A stretch of DNA of 64,000 nt from Patescibacteria group bacterium (GCA_041652555.1 JBAZHE010000002.1:13409-77408); one strand, 5' to 3'. Counted from the stretch's first letter, positions 31,882-41,551 are shown. The notes: generated from the sequence alone by a model not told the origin. Numbers and translations are program-made.

Positions 31882-33936
31882 ATGCGCTCCAAGTCATTAG
31901 TAGTTTTTCTGTTTTTTCTGGTTATGCTCGTAATTTTTAGTTGCGACAAAAGCCCTGTATCGCCATCATCGGAAGATGAACGTATTTTTTCCGGTGATCC
32001 ATTAATCGTTGAAGTTGAAAAAGAACCGGTTGATGGTAAAGTCGGAATCAGCTTTTATCTCACTTCTGAAAGTTTTGACTCGGTGAACACCAAGACAGAG
32101 CTTGTTGGATTTGATGACGGCAGGTTACAGGGGTCATATATCTCAAAAGACAATCGTTTGTTCTTTTGGGTTGAAGTGTCCCCCGGAATTTACGTCTTCA
32201 GCTTTAACGGAGATAAAGATGATCCCAAGGAATCAATCATTAGTTCGGATTCATTTTGGGTTCCGGAAATCGGCAAATTTGCTATCAAAGTTACCAAGGA
32301 TTACAAAGTTGTAAAGGCTTCATTAAGTGAAGTTTTGCATCTTGGCAAGGATACTGAGGTTGCAGATTCGGTTGATTCAGTGATCGTGGTTAAGGAAAAT
32401 AGCGACGGCAAGGTGATTATCAAAATCGTTAAGGAAAACGATACGATATTTGATACGGTTACCGTCTCAAAATCAAAGGGCACGATTGTTCTTCTGGGTG
32501 ATTCGGTTATTTATAAAAAACCGTCAAATCCATCCAGCCTAGGTTATGACACGATTAGGTTGTTGCCACCGCAAAGCATTGTTGATTATAACAATGTAGT
32601 CAGGAGTGTTTCATTTGAGGCGGTAACTGTAAATGGGGAAAAGAAGTTTAAAGAGAAGGTTACCATTGACTCTGTTTTGGTAAGAAAGATAAAAGATAAG
32701 GTTTTTAAACCTTTTGCAATCGGTCTGCCAAATTGGAAAGCTTGGAGTAACCTCGGGGTAATAGATTCTAGTACTGGTCGCTATCCATTTACCACTGAAC
32801 CGATGTCGCCAGGACTAATTACCTTTTGTGTTGGTGGCAACTATCAAGATAACTGGGCGGATTCTTCGAAACTAAAAAAGTCCGCTTGGGGTTTTAAAAC
32901 CAAGGATGGTTGGATAATGGCCGGTTGGTTATTTCCCGATGGAAGATTTGTAGCCTGGTCGCTTGTTGACACGACTACGGCAACAGTTAAAGACAGTGTA
33001 AAAATTGATACTGTTGTTATTCATGACACAATCGTTGATTATGACACAACGGTTGTCCGAGATACGATTGTGAAACAAGGTAAAATAATCATTCTTCGGG
33101 ACAGTGTAATTATCATCAGAACAAGAGTGGATACACTTTTAAAGGTGGACACTTTACATGATGTTGATACAATCACTGTTAACGACACGACGGTTATAAA
33201 AGATACTATTATTATCAGGGATACCGTTGTTGTCCGAGATACGATTGTGAAGCAGGGTGATACGATTATATTCCGGGACAGTGTGATTATTATCAGAACA
33301 AGAGTGGACACACTTTTAAATGTGGACACTTTGCATAATAGGGATACGATGTTCGTGTATGATCTTGGGGTGGAAGATGTAGATACAGCCTTTATTGTTA
33401 TTAGTACTTTTAAGGTTGCTGCGGTAGGGGAGATTGTTGTAAAAGATTCCTTTTATATAAAATGGAATTTTCACAACTTTTTAAATGTTGTGAACAAAGA
33501 TTCCTCCTATTTAAGAGATACTATATCTATTTTCCGCGATACAACAGAAATAGATCGTGACACGAATGACCTGGTTCTGGTATTTAAATCGGCAACGGCA
33601 GTAGGAGATAGCTTTGATGTTAAATTTAAAGTTGTCTCAATAGTCGTGCCTGATGATCGTAGTTTTATCAGTGCCATGGGCTTCAAGGGCACGGGAGTTA
33701 TTCAAAGCGACACGATAAATTCCACTTCCAAATCCGACGGGTATTTCAATTTTTCCGTACGGATAAAGAAGGGGACGAAATATCGTATAAATTTCCGTTC
33801 CGGAACTGCCTGGGCTGAACAAGTTGTTTTACGACAGTCCAAATTCGTTTTTGTAGAGGGAACCAGTGTTGATCTGGCAGTTTCCCTTAATAATGACGCT
33901 ACCGGTTTTGATTACGCCTCGCCAGCGGCGCAGTAA
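31882..33936 (+). CDS. Lipoprotein with a long DT/DS-repeat stalk (cassette 2)
   Basis: AAGGAGG SD 5 nt before the ATG at 31882; lipobox-like IFS-C followed by DKSPVSP; about 30 D-(S/T)-hydrophobic motifs counted by eye. Confidence 0.75.
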   Translation: MRSKSLVVFLFFLVMLVIFSCDKSPVSPSSEDERIFSGDPLIVEVEKEPVDGKVGISFYLTSESFDSVNTKTELVGFDDGRLQGSYISKDNRLFFWVEVSPGIYVFSFNGDKDDPKESIISSDSFWVPEIGKFAIKVTKDYKVVKASLSEVLHLGKDTEVADSVDSVIVVKENSDGKVIIKIVKENDTIFDTVTVSKSKGTIVLLGDSVIYKKPSNPSSLGYDTIRLLPPQSIVDYNNVVRSVSFEAVTVNGEKKFKEKVTIDSVLVRKIKDKVFKPFAIGLPNWKAWSNLGVIDSSTGRYPFTTEPMSPGLITFCVGGNYQDNWADSSKLKKSAWGFKTKDGWIMAGWLFPDGRFVAWSLVDTTTATVKDSVKIDTVVIHDTIVDYDTTVVRDTIVKQGKIIILRDSVIIIRTRVDTLLKVDTLHDVDTITVNDTTVIKDTIIIRDTVVVRDTIVKQGDTIIFRDSVIIIRTRVDTLLNVDTLHNRDTMFVYDLGVEDVDTAFIVISTFKVAAVGEIVVKDSFYIKWNFHNFLNVVNKDSSYLRDTISIFRDTTEIDRDTNDLVLVFKSATAVGDSFDVKFKVVSIVVPDDRSFISAMGFKGTGVIQSDTINSTSKSDGYFNFSVRIKKGTKYRINFRSGTAWAEQVVLRQSKFVFVEGTSVDLAVSLNNDATGFDYASPAAQ
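33052..33336 (+). repeat. Intragenic duplication (two ~108-nt copies, 177 nt apart)
   Basis: 33052-33159 and 33229-33336 both encode VVRDTIVKQG..I..RDSVIIIRTRVDTLL.VDTLH. Confidence 0.9.
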
Positions 33937-33964
33937 GATTCGTAGTGTTATAGTACATTTTTTT

Positions 33965-34007
33965 AGGCCCTCGTTCATAAGTTTTGAACGGGGCCTTTTT
34001 CTTTTTT
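33965..34007 (+). terminator. Terminator closing cassette 2
   Basis: aggccc(t)cgttca...tgaacggggcct followed by a T-tract. Confidence 0.85.
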
Positions 34008-34043
34008 GTTTACTTTTTTTCTTTATTTTGCTAGATTAAGTGT

Positions 34044-34397
34044 ATGATTTTATCTATTAATACTACTAATAATTCTTTTATAGAAATTAGCCTGAAAAAG
34101 GCTGGTGAGGTTTTGGTTGTTGAAAAGATTGCTGTTGATCGGACGCAGGCGGAAAAACTTTTGCCGGCGATTGAGAAAATTTTAAAAAAGCAAAAAATAA
34201 AGTTAAAGGATTTGGAGAAGATTGAGGTGGAAAATAGGGGAGGAAGCTTTACTTCTTTGCGTATTGGAGTGGCGACAGCCAATGCTTTGGGTTTTTCCTT
34301 AGGAATTCCGGTTGTTGGTGCCGACGGTGAAAGTAAAGAAATTGACGGAATTAGTATTGTTGAGCCGGAGTATAGTGGGGAGCCGGACATCAAGTGA
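34044..34397 (+). CDS. tsaB: Short TsaB/YeaZ (t6A biosynthesis)
   Basis: ILSINTT, AEKLLPAI and GSFTSLRIGVATANAL. Confidence 0.88.
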   Translation: MILSINTTNNSFIEISLKKAGEVLVVEKIAVDRTQAEKLLPAIEKILKKQKIKLKDLEKIEVENRGGSFTSLRIGVATANALGFSLGIPVVGADGESKEIDGISIVEPEYSGEPDIK

Positions 34398-34519
34398 AAT
34401 AGGGTTGTGGACTAACTGTTTATAACCCTTGTCCGCATTAACAATCGGTTGAGGCCGGTTGTTTTTATTTTGGCTAATATTATTTGGTTGAGGTTTGTAT
34501 TGTTTTTGGTGAAGAATGT

Positions 34520-34575
34520 TTGACAGTGGTGGATTGGTGGTGTATAATATAAGTATAGTGGTGAAAAGTGGTGAA
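34520..34575 (+). promoter_or_regulatory. mraZ promoter with MraZ-box repeats
   Basis: Perfect TTGACA-17-TATAAT (34520-34548); GTGGTG at 34526, 34537, 34558 and 34568. Confidence 0.85.
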
Positions 34576-34585
34576 TATAAAATAT

Positions 34586-35017
34586 ATGTTTATCGGCGAA
34601 TATCAGCACAACCTAGATAACAAAGGGCGCTTGGCTGTTCCAGCTAAGTTTCGTCAGTTGTTAGCCAAAGGAGCGGTGGTTACCAAAGGACTGGATAACT
34701 GCCTTTTTCTGTATCCTAAGACAAAATGGGAAGAAATGGCCCAGAAATTCGCCAACTTACCTATTAGTCAGGCTAAAGCGCGTGCTTTTGCTCGTCATAT
34801 GTTAGCCGGAGCGATGCCAGTTGAATTTGATAGCCAAGGTCGTATAAATTTACCAGAATATTTGCGTAAATTTGCTGGTTTAAAAAAACAAGCAATAATT
34901 GCCGGTTTGTTTGACCGTTTGGAAATTTGGGATGAAACAGCTTGGAATAAATATAAAGCCGGAACAGAAAAGGATTCTGGTGAAATTGCTGAAGCTTTGG
35001 GAGAAATGGGGGTATAA
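34586..35017 (+). CDS. mraZ: Transcriptional regulator MraZ
   Basis: MFIGEYQHNLDNKGRLAVP, DSQGRI and DRLEIW. Confidence 0.98.
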   Translation: MFIGEYQHNLDNKGRLAVPAKFRQLLAKGAVVTKGLDNCLFLYPKTKWEEMAQKFANLPISQAKARAFARHMLAGAMPVEFDSQGRINLPEYLRKFAGLKKQAIIAGLFDRLEIWDETAWNKYKAGTEKDSGEIAEALGEMGV

Positions 35018-35035
35018 ATTTGAAATATTGAAATT

Positions 35036-35971
35036 ATGGAATATAAGCACGTAAGCGTAATGCTCGAGGAAGTCTTGAATTTTTTACAACCAAAAAGTGG
35101 CGGGTATTATATTGATTGCACTTTGGGTGGCGCTGGTTATACGCAAGCTATTTCTAAAATTGCCGGAGAAAATGGCCACGTTTTAGCAACTGATCTTGAT
35201 CCGGAAGCGATTGCTAATGCTCGTAAAAAAGATTTAAAGAATGTTGTTTTTGCCCAAGGAAGTTTTGGTGATTTAGCAGAAATTGTGAAAAATAATTTTC
35301 CGGTTGATACTTTTTTTGATGGCGTAGTAATGGACTTGGGTTTGTCTTCGGCGCAGTTAGATGATGAAAAAAGAGGATTTTCATTTTTAAACTCAGGCCC
35401 TTTGGATATGTCTTTCGATGGTCGAGGAGCAGAAAATTCTACAGCGTGTATAGTTAATGATTATAAAGAAGATAAATTAACTGATATTATTCGGCGTTAT
35501 GGTGAAGAAAAATTTGCTTTCAGAATTGCTAAAAAAATAATTGAAGAAAGAAAAAAAGAACCGATAACCGATAGCGCGCGTTTAGCCAAAATCATTGCCG
35601 CGGCGATGCCCTCTTTAACAAGGAGAGAGGGGATCCACCCGGCAACGAGAACTTTTCAGGCTTTGCGAATTGAAACCAATCGTGAATTAGAGGCTCTAGA
35701 AAAAGTTTTGCCAGCCGCTTTAGCTTTGTTAAAGAAAAATGGTCGCCTGGTTGTTGTTTCTTTCCATAGCTTAGAAGATAGAATAGTAAAGAATTTTTTT
35801 AAAAAAGAGAGCGTGGATTGTCTTTGTCCACCAATACTGCCGGTTTGTTGCTGTCATCATCAGGCATCTTTAAAAATTTTGACTAAAAAACCGGTGGAAG
35901 CGAGTGAAAAAGAAATCGTTGCCAATCCACGTTCTCGTAGCGCAAAATTACGCGTTGCCGAAAAAATTTAG
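35036..35971 (+). CDS. rsmH: 16S rRNA m4C1402 methyltransferase
   Basis: DCTLGGAG, DLGLSS.QLD, HPATRTFQALRI and NPRSRSAKLR. Confidence 0.98.
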   Translation: MEYKHVSVMLEEVLNFLQPKSGGYYIDCTLGGAGYTQAISKIAGENGHVLATDLDPEAIANARKKDLKNVVFAQGSFGDLAEIVKNNFPVDTFFDGVVMDLGLSSAQLDDEKRGFSFLNSGPLDMSFDGRGAENSTACIVNDYKEDKLTDIIRRYGEEKFAFRIAKKIIEERKKEPITDSARLAKIIAAAMPSLTRREGIHPATRTFQALRIETNRELEALEKVLPAALALLKKNGRLVVVSFHSLEDRIVKNFFKKESVDCLCPPILPVCCCHHQASLKILTKKPVEASEKEIVANPRSRSAKLRVAEKI

Positions 35972-36005
35972 GATTTAAAATAAAAACAAAAATAAAATAA
36001 ACAAT

Positions 36006-36347
36006 ATGACCGAAACTGTTAAAGGCGTGTATTGTGCGCCGCCCAAAGAAAAACATAATTTCAAAATAAATATTAAAGCGGCCAATTGTTTACTATGTTT
36101 AATTGTGGCCGTGGTTGGTGTGTATTATTTAACCACAATCAATGACTTGGTTGTTAAAAGTTTTGTTTTGCAAGGCCTTAAGGAGCGCGGCTCTTTTTTG
36201 GCTGAGGAAAATAAAAATTTCAATAATCAAATTGCCAGCTTAAAGTCGTATAATGAACTGGCTAAAAGAGTGAAAAAGTTAAATATGGTGGCGGCGTCTG
36301 ATGTTCAATATTTGAAAATTAGCAATGATACTTTGGCGTCAAGATAA
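36006..36347 (+). CDS. FtsL-like bitopic protein
   Basis: One TM segment plus coiled coil, located between rsmH and the PBP gene. Confidence 0.65.
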   Translation: MTETVKGVYCAPPKEKHNFKINIKAANCLLCLIVAVVGVYYLTTINDLVVKSFVLQGLKERGSFLAEENKNFNNQIASLKSYNELAKRVKKLNMVAASDVQYLKISNDTLASR

Positions 36348-36371
36348 GAATCCGCTTAATGATAAAAAAGT

Positions 36372-38471
36372 ATGATTTTGGAAAAATGGAGAAAAAAAGA
36401 GCGCGGTTTTCAAAAGAGAGGCAATAATCGCATTAATTTTTTAATCGCGATTGTTTTTTTATTTAGCCTGTTAATCGCCTGCCAACTTTTTTGTCTGCAA
36501 GTCATATCTTACGGTGATTATTCCGCCATGGCTTCTGGTCAGCATGAAGTTGAAAGCAAGCTTTTGCCTGAAAGAGGAGAAATATTTATCCAGGAAAACA
36601 AAAATAGTGAAGAAATTTTTTACCCCTTTGCCATTAACAAGGAGTATGCGCTAATTTATGTCATACCCAACCAGATAAATGATCAGGCGGTTTCGGAAAA
36701 GATTGCTTCGGCTTTATTTGAAGTCTTGGATCGTCCGACGGCGGAAATGGAGGTGGAGAATCTTTTTAAACAGAAAGATCTGGCTGAGTTGAATTATCAA
36801 TTATCCCTTTTGATTGGTTTACCAGCAGAGGAAAGGGCGGTTCGAGAGAAAGAGGTTAGAAAAAATCTTGATATTTTGCATAGCGATAAAACCTGGCGAG
36901 CAACGCAGGCAGATGATAAAAAAACAGAACTGGAGAAAAAGAAGCAAGAAAAAATTTCCGGCTATTATCCGATATTAAACAAAGGCAACGATCCTTATGA
37001 GCCGATACAAAAAAAAGTTGGCGAGGAAGAATTGAAAAAACTTTATGCCATTTTGCTTTCCGGTTCCGGAAAAGATTATAAAACTTCAGATTTTATCTTA
37101 AGAAGCGGAAAAATTTGTTTTGAGCAAGATTCTGTGACCGAAGATTCTTGTGAAGAAGTGATTATACCCGGGATTTCCCAGGAGATGGAATCTTATCGTT
37201 ATTATCCGGAAAATAATATCGGCTCCCATCTTTTAGGCTTTGTCCGTACGGAAAACGGTGAGAATAGCGGTAGCTATGGTTTGGAAGGATTTTTTAATAA
37301 AGAATTATCTGGCGTTTCCGGTTCGCTTAAATCAGAATTTGGCGCGAGAAGAAATATTATAATTTTAAACGGCCGGGAATATGTCGCGCCACAAAATGGC
37401 AAGGATTTAGTTTTAACCATTGATCGCAGTGTGGAATATTTCGCTTGCCAAAAATTGAAAGAAGCGCTAGAACAGGAAGAAGCGGAAAAGGGCGATGTGG
37501 TTATTGTTGATCCTACGACCGGAGCGATCATTGCAATGTGCTCTTTCCCTGATTTTGATCCTAATAATTTCTCTTCGGTGAAAGAAATGTCTTTTTTTAA
37601 TAATCCGGCTATTTTTGAGCAGTATGAACCGGGCTCGGTTTTTAAAGCTGTTACCATGGCCGCGGCCTTGGATGCTGGTAATGTTGTGCCAACTACTATT
37701 TATAACGATACTGGTAGCGTTAAGAAAAAGGGCTGGAATCAACCAATAAAAAATTCTGATTTTGAGACTAAGGGTGCGCATGGTTGGACAGATATGAGTA
37801 AAATTTTAGAATTGTCTTTAAATGTCGGCGCAATTTTTTTACGCGAACAATTAGGTGAAAAACCATTTGTTGAATATGTGAAAAAATTCGGTTTTGGCGA
37901 AAAGACTGGGGTAGAATTGGAGGGCGAGAGTAGTGGTGATATTAGTAATGTGGTACGCAAAAAGCCGGCTGAGATTGATTTGGACACCGCTTCTTTTGGT
38001 CAAGCTATTACAGTGACACCCTTACAGATGGTGATGTCCTACGCCGCTCTGGCTAACGGCGGAGTCTTAATGAAACCTTTTTTGGTTAAGGAAATAATTA
38101 ATGAAGATGGTAGTCGCGACATAACTAAGTCCAATGAGGTGCGTCGTGTTGTCTCGGAAAAAGTCGCTAATTTAACTATTGGAATGTTGATTAATGTTGT
38201 AGAATATGGCCATGCTAAAAAAGCGCAGATTCCAGGGTATTTTATCGGTGGTAAAACAGGCACAGCGCAAATTCCTGATAAAAGTGGCTATTCCAATGAC
38301 ACTATCCATACTTTTATTGCGATTGCGCCGGCAAATGATCCGAAGTTTGTTATTTTAACCAAGATAAATAAGCCGAAAAAATCAGTTTTCGCCGAGACTT
38401 CTGTTGTACCCCTGGCTAAGGAGATAATGGATTTTATGCTAAGATATTATCAAGTACCAAAAGAACGATAA
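36372..38471 (+). CDS. ftsI: Class B penicillin-binding protein (FtsI-like) with a large helical insertion
   Basis: EPGSVFK (SxxK), SLN (SxN) and KTGTAQ; dcw position. Confidence 0.9.
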   Translation: MILEKWRKKERGFQKRGNNRINFLIAIVFLFSLLIACQLFCLQVISYGDYSAMASGQHEVESKLLPERGEIFIQENKNSEEIFYPFAINKEYALIYVIPNQINDQAVSEKIASALFEVLDRPTAEMEVENLFKQKDLAELNYQLSLLIGLPAEERAVREKEVRKNLDILHSDKTWRATQADDKKTELEKKKQEKISGYYPILNKGNDPYEPIQKKVGEEELKKLYAILLSGSGKDYKTSDFILRSGKICFEQDSVTEDSCEEVIIPGISQEMESYRYYPENNIGSHLLGFVRTENGENSGSYGLEGFFNKELSGVSGSLKSEFGARRNIIILNGREYVAPQNGKDLVLTIDRSVEYFACQKLKEALEQEEAEKGDVVIVDPTTGAIIAMCSFPDFDPNNFSSVKEMSFFNNPAIFEQYEPGSVFKAVTMAAALDAGNVVPTTIYNDTGSVKKKGWNQPIKNSDFETKGAHGWTDMSKILELSLNVGAIFLREQLGEKPFVEYVKKFGFGEKTGVELEGESSGDISNVVRKKPAEIDLDTASFGQAITVTPLQMVMSYAALANGGVLMKPFLVKEIINEDGSRDITKSNEVRRVVSEKVANLTIGMLINVVEYGHAKKAQIPGYFIGGKTGTAQIPDKSGYSNDTIHTFIAIAPANDPKFVILTKINKPKKSVFAETSVVPLAKEIMDFMLRYYQVPKER

Positions 38472-38507
38472 ATTATCAATCTTCAATTATCAATTTAAAA
38501 CAAGGCT

Positions 38508-39800
38508 ATGATTAAGAAAATAATTATTTGGAAATTAAAGTTTTTTTCCAGAGCGATTCTAAAAAAGTATCAGCCGAGAGTTATCGGCATAACCGGGTCG
38601 GTTGGGAAGACTAGTGCGCGTGAGGCTATTTTTTGCGTGGTTAAGCAAAAATTTAATTCTCGGCAAAGTGTTAAGAATTATAATAATGAATTTGGTTTGC
38701 CACTGTCTATTATTGGCACTATTAAATCTCCGGGAAAAAATCTTTTTGGCTGGGTAATTGTTTTTTTGTCGGCTCTAGGGTTGATATTATTTAGAGATAA
38801 AAATTATCCAGAAGTTTTAGTTTTAGAAATGGGTGTTGATAAACCTGGTGATATGGATTATCTGAATAGTATTATTGCTTGCGACATTGCAGTGCTTACA
38901 GGTGTTGGCGAATCGCATTTGGAGAATTTTTCTTCTAAAGAAAAACTAGCAATTGAGAAAGGTAAAATTTTTAATAATTTAAAGAAGGGCGGTTGGGCAA
39001 TTTTTAATTTTGATAATGAAAAATCCGTAGCACTTGCAAATGAAGTAAAAAATAAAAAAATTAGTTATAGTTTTGGGAGCGGAACAGAGATGCACGCTGA
39101 TGATTTGATTTTTAAATTTTCTGGTGACAAGAAGGTGGAGAATCTATCCGGATTATCTTTTAGAATTAATTATAGTGGCTCTAGCGTAGTAGTGAATATG
39201 GCAAAAATTGCCGGTAAGCCAGCGGTTTATGCCTCTTTGGCTGCTACCGCTGTTGGTGTAGTCTTGGGACTGGACTTGGAAGATATTGCTTTGTCTTTGG
39301 GTGGTTTAGAGTCCGTAGCTGGACGGATGAAGCTGATTCCTGGAATAAAAAATACGATTATTATTGATGATACTTATAATGCTTCACCTGATTCTTGTTT
39401 GGCGGCTATTGATTTTATTGCGCGAATAGAGACGGACGAGCCGTTTCGTCGTGTAGCTATTTTGGGTGATATGTTGGAACTCGGTTCTTATAGTGAGGCG
39501 GGGCATAGATTAGTTGGTCGAGCTTTGGCTGGAGCTGAATTTGATTTGCTTGTAACTTCTGGAGAAATATCTCGTGACATTAATCGTGGCGCGATAGAGG
39601 CTGGAATGAGTGAGGATAAGGTTTTTAATTTTGCTAATAATTTGGCAGCCGGAAAATTTGCTCAAGACAGAATAAAAAAAGGCGACCTTATTCTAATTAA
39701 AGGCTCACAGGGGGCGCGCATGGAAAAAGTAGTCAAAGAGTTAATGGCCGATCCGCTTTTGGCAGAAAAATTATTATGTAGACAGAGAGATTTTAAATGA
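38508..39800 (+). CDS. murF: UDP-MurNAc-tripeptide:D-Ala-D-Ala ligase
   Basis: GITGSVGKTS, NYNNEFGLP, DDTYNASP, LGDMLELG and KGSQG.RME. Confidence 0.93.
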   Translation: MIKKIIIWKLKFFSRAILKKYQPRVIGITGSVGKTSAREAIFCVVKQKFNSRQSVKNYNNEFGLPLSIIGTIKSPGKNLFGWVIVFLSALGLILFRDKNYPEVLVLEMGVDKPGDMDYLNSIIACDIAVLTGVGESHLENFSSKEKLAIEKGKIFNNLKKGGWAIFNFDNEKSVALANEVKNKKISYSFGSGTEMHADDLIFKFSGDKKVENLSGLSFRINYSGSSVVVNMAKIAGKPAVYASLAATAVGVVLGLDLEDIALSLGGLESVAGRMKLIPGIKNTIIIDDTYNASPDSCLAAIDFIARIETDEPFRRVAILGDMLELGSYSEAGHRLVGRALAGAEFDLLVTSGEISRDINRGAIEAGMSEDKVFNFANNLAAGKFAQDRIKKGDLILIKGSQGARMEKVVKELMADPLLAEKLLCRQRDFK

Positions 39801-39869
39801 TAAATGGTAGATGATAAATAAAAAAGCAATTCTTGACTATTTATTTTTTTTTGCTTATATTATTGTAAT

Positions 39870-40601
39870 ATGAATATGAAAGGGATTATTTTGGCTGGGG
39901 GGCAGGGGACAAGGCTTCGTCCGCTTACCTATGTGACCAATAAACAGCTTTTACCGGTTTATAATAAGCCGATGATTTATTATCCTTTAAACACTCTTTT
40001 AAAGGCTGGGATCAAGAATATTTTGATAATCTCCGGTCCAGATAAAATTGGCGATTTTTCTGATTTATTAGGTTCAGGAAGAAAACTTGGTGCCAAAATT
40101 TCTTATGAAATTCAAGACGAGCCACGTGGCTTGGCTGAGGCTTTTATTCTTGGTGAAGATTTTATTGGTAAGAGTAATGTCGCGATGATTTTGGGAGATA
40201 ATATTTTTGAAGATGATTTTTCCGAAGAATTAAAGAATTTTAAATCAGGAGGGAAGATTTTTTTGAAAAAAGTTTCTGACCCGGAGCGTTTCGGTGTGGC
40301 AGAATTAAATTCTCGCGGTGGAATAAAAAAAATAGTAGAAAAGCCAAAAAAACATATTTCCGATCAGGCGATTACCGGTCTTTATGTTTATGATAGTCGC
40401 TCCGTCGAAATAGCAAAAAATATAAAACCAAGCTCTCGTGGTGAATTAGAAATTGTTGATATTCATAATTGGTATTTAAAAAATAACGAACTTGATTATA
40501 CAAAAGTGAAAGGTAAATGGCTTGACGTTGGAACTTTTGATAGTTTGCTTCAAGCACAAAATTTTGCCAAAGAAAAAATGCAAGGGAAAATGGTGATATG
40601 A
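39870..40601 (+). CDS. rmlA: Glucose-1-phosphate thymidylyltransferase (short RmlA/SpsI type)
   Basis: KGIILAGG.GTRLRP, KQLLPVYNKPMI and RGELEI. Confidence 0.9.
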   Translation: MNMKGIILAGGQGTRLRPLTYVTNKQLLPVYNKPMIYYPLNTLLKAGIKNILIISGPDKIGDFSDLLGSGRKLGAKISYEIQDEPRGLAEAFILGEDFIGKSNVAMILGDNIFEDDFSEELKNFKSGGKIFLKKVSDPERFGVAELNSRGGIKKIVEKPKKHISDQAITGLYVYDSRSVEIAKNIKPSSRGELEIVDIHNWYLKNNELDYTKVKGKWLDVGTFDSLLQAQNFAKEKMQGKMVI

Positions 40602-41551
40602 TAAAAGTTATAGTTGGATTTATTATTTATAACAATCATACGGCTAAGTATTTGCCGGATTTTTTGGGGTCTTTAAAAAATCAAACGACTCAAAATTTTA
40701 AGATTGTTGCTTTTAATAATGGGGATGAAGATGGTTCTAATTTGGAGTATATTAAAAATAATTTTCCAGAAATAGAAATTTTGGGGACTGGAGAGAATAT
40801 TGGTTTTGCTCGTGCCTATAATCAGATGATAAAAAAAGCGGTTAATGATGGTGCTGATTATTTTTTTATCACCAATCCAGATATAGTTTATAATTCTAAT
40901 GTTTTGGAAAAATTAGTTGAGCGGTTAAATAGTAATATGGAACTAGGGGCAGTTTGTCCAAAACTTTTGCGTTGGGATTTTGATAAAAAAATTAAAACAG
41001 GCTTTATTGATTCTCTAGGGCTTAATTTAAAAACTGGTTTAAAATTTTATGACGTCGGTCAGGGTGAAAAAGACTCTGCTCTATTTTCCCAAGAAAAAAT
41101 TATTGGTCCAGGAGGTGCGTCTGGATTGTGGCGAATTAAGACTTTGGAAAAAATAAAAGAAGGTGAGAATTATTTTGATGAGCGGATGTTTATGTATAAA
41201 GAAGATTGTGATTTGACCTATCGTTTACATCTCAGTGGTGATAAAGCCAAATTTGTTTCGGAGGCTATTGGCTGGCATGATCGGACGGTAGCGATTTTCG
41301 GAAAAGGGGATTTGGCTGTTATTCTCGCTCGCGCTAAAAAATCTCCATTAGTTCGCTGTTGGTCGGTTATTAATCAAGAAATATTATTTAAAAAATACTG
41401 GTCATTGCAATCCTGGCAATCAAAATTAGCCATAACTATTTATCGTTTAAAAGTTTTTGTCTGGATAATATTTGCGGAGAGGTTTTTGCTAAAAGAGTAT
41501 TTGACTATCAAGAAAATAAAGAGTAATCTTAACTGCTTTAAAAAAGATTAA
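40598..41551 (+). CDS. Glycosyltransferase family 2
   Basis: NIGFARAYN, NPD and FFDERMFMYKEDCD-type motif. Confidence 0.9.
   Translation: MIKVIVGFIIYNNHTAKYLPDFLGSLKNQTTQNFKIVAFNNGDEDGSNLEYIKNNFPEIEILGTGENIGFARAYNQMIKKAVNDGADYFFITNPDIVYNSNVLEKLVERLNSNMELGAVCPKLLRWDFDKKIKTGFIDSLGLNLKTGLKFYDVGQGEKDSALFSQEKIIGPGGASGLWRIKTLEKIKEGENYFDERMFMYKEDCDLTYRLHLSGDKAKFVSEAIGWHDRTVAIFGKGDLAVILARAKKSPLVRCWSVINQEILFKKYWSLQSWQSKLAITIYRLKVFVWIIFAERFLLKEYLTIKKIKSNLNCFKKD

Noticed and set aside
34400-34445. Replication origin
   Set aside because: Only degenerate DnaA-like boxes, no dnaA/dnaN nearby, and no change in gene orientation here.
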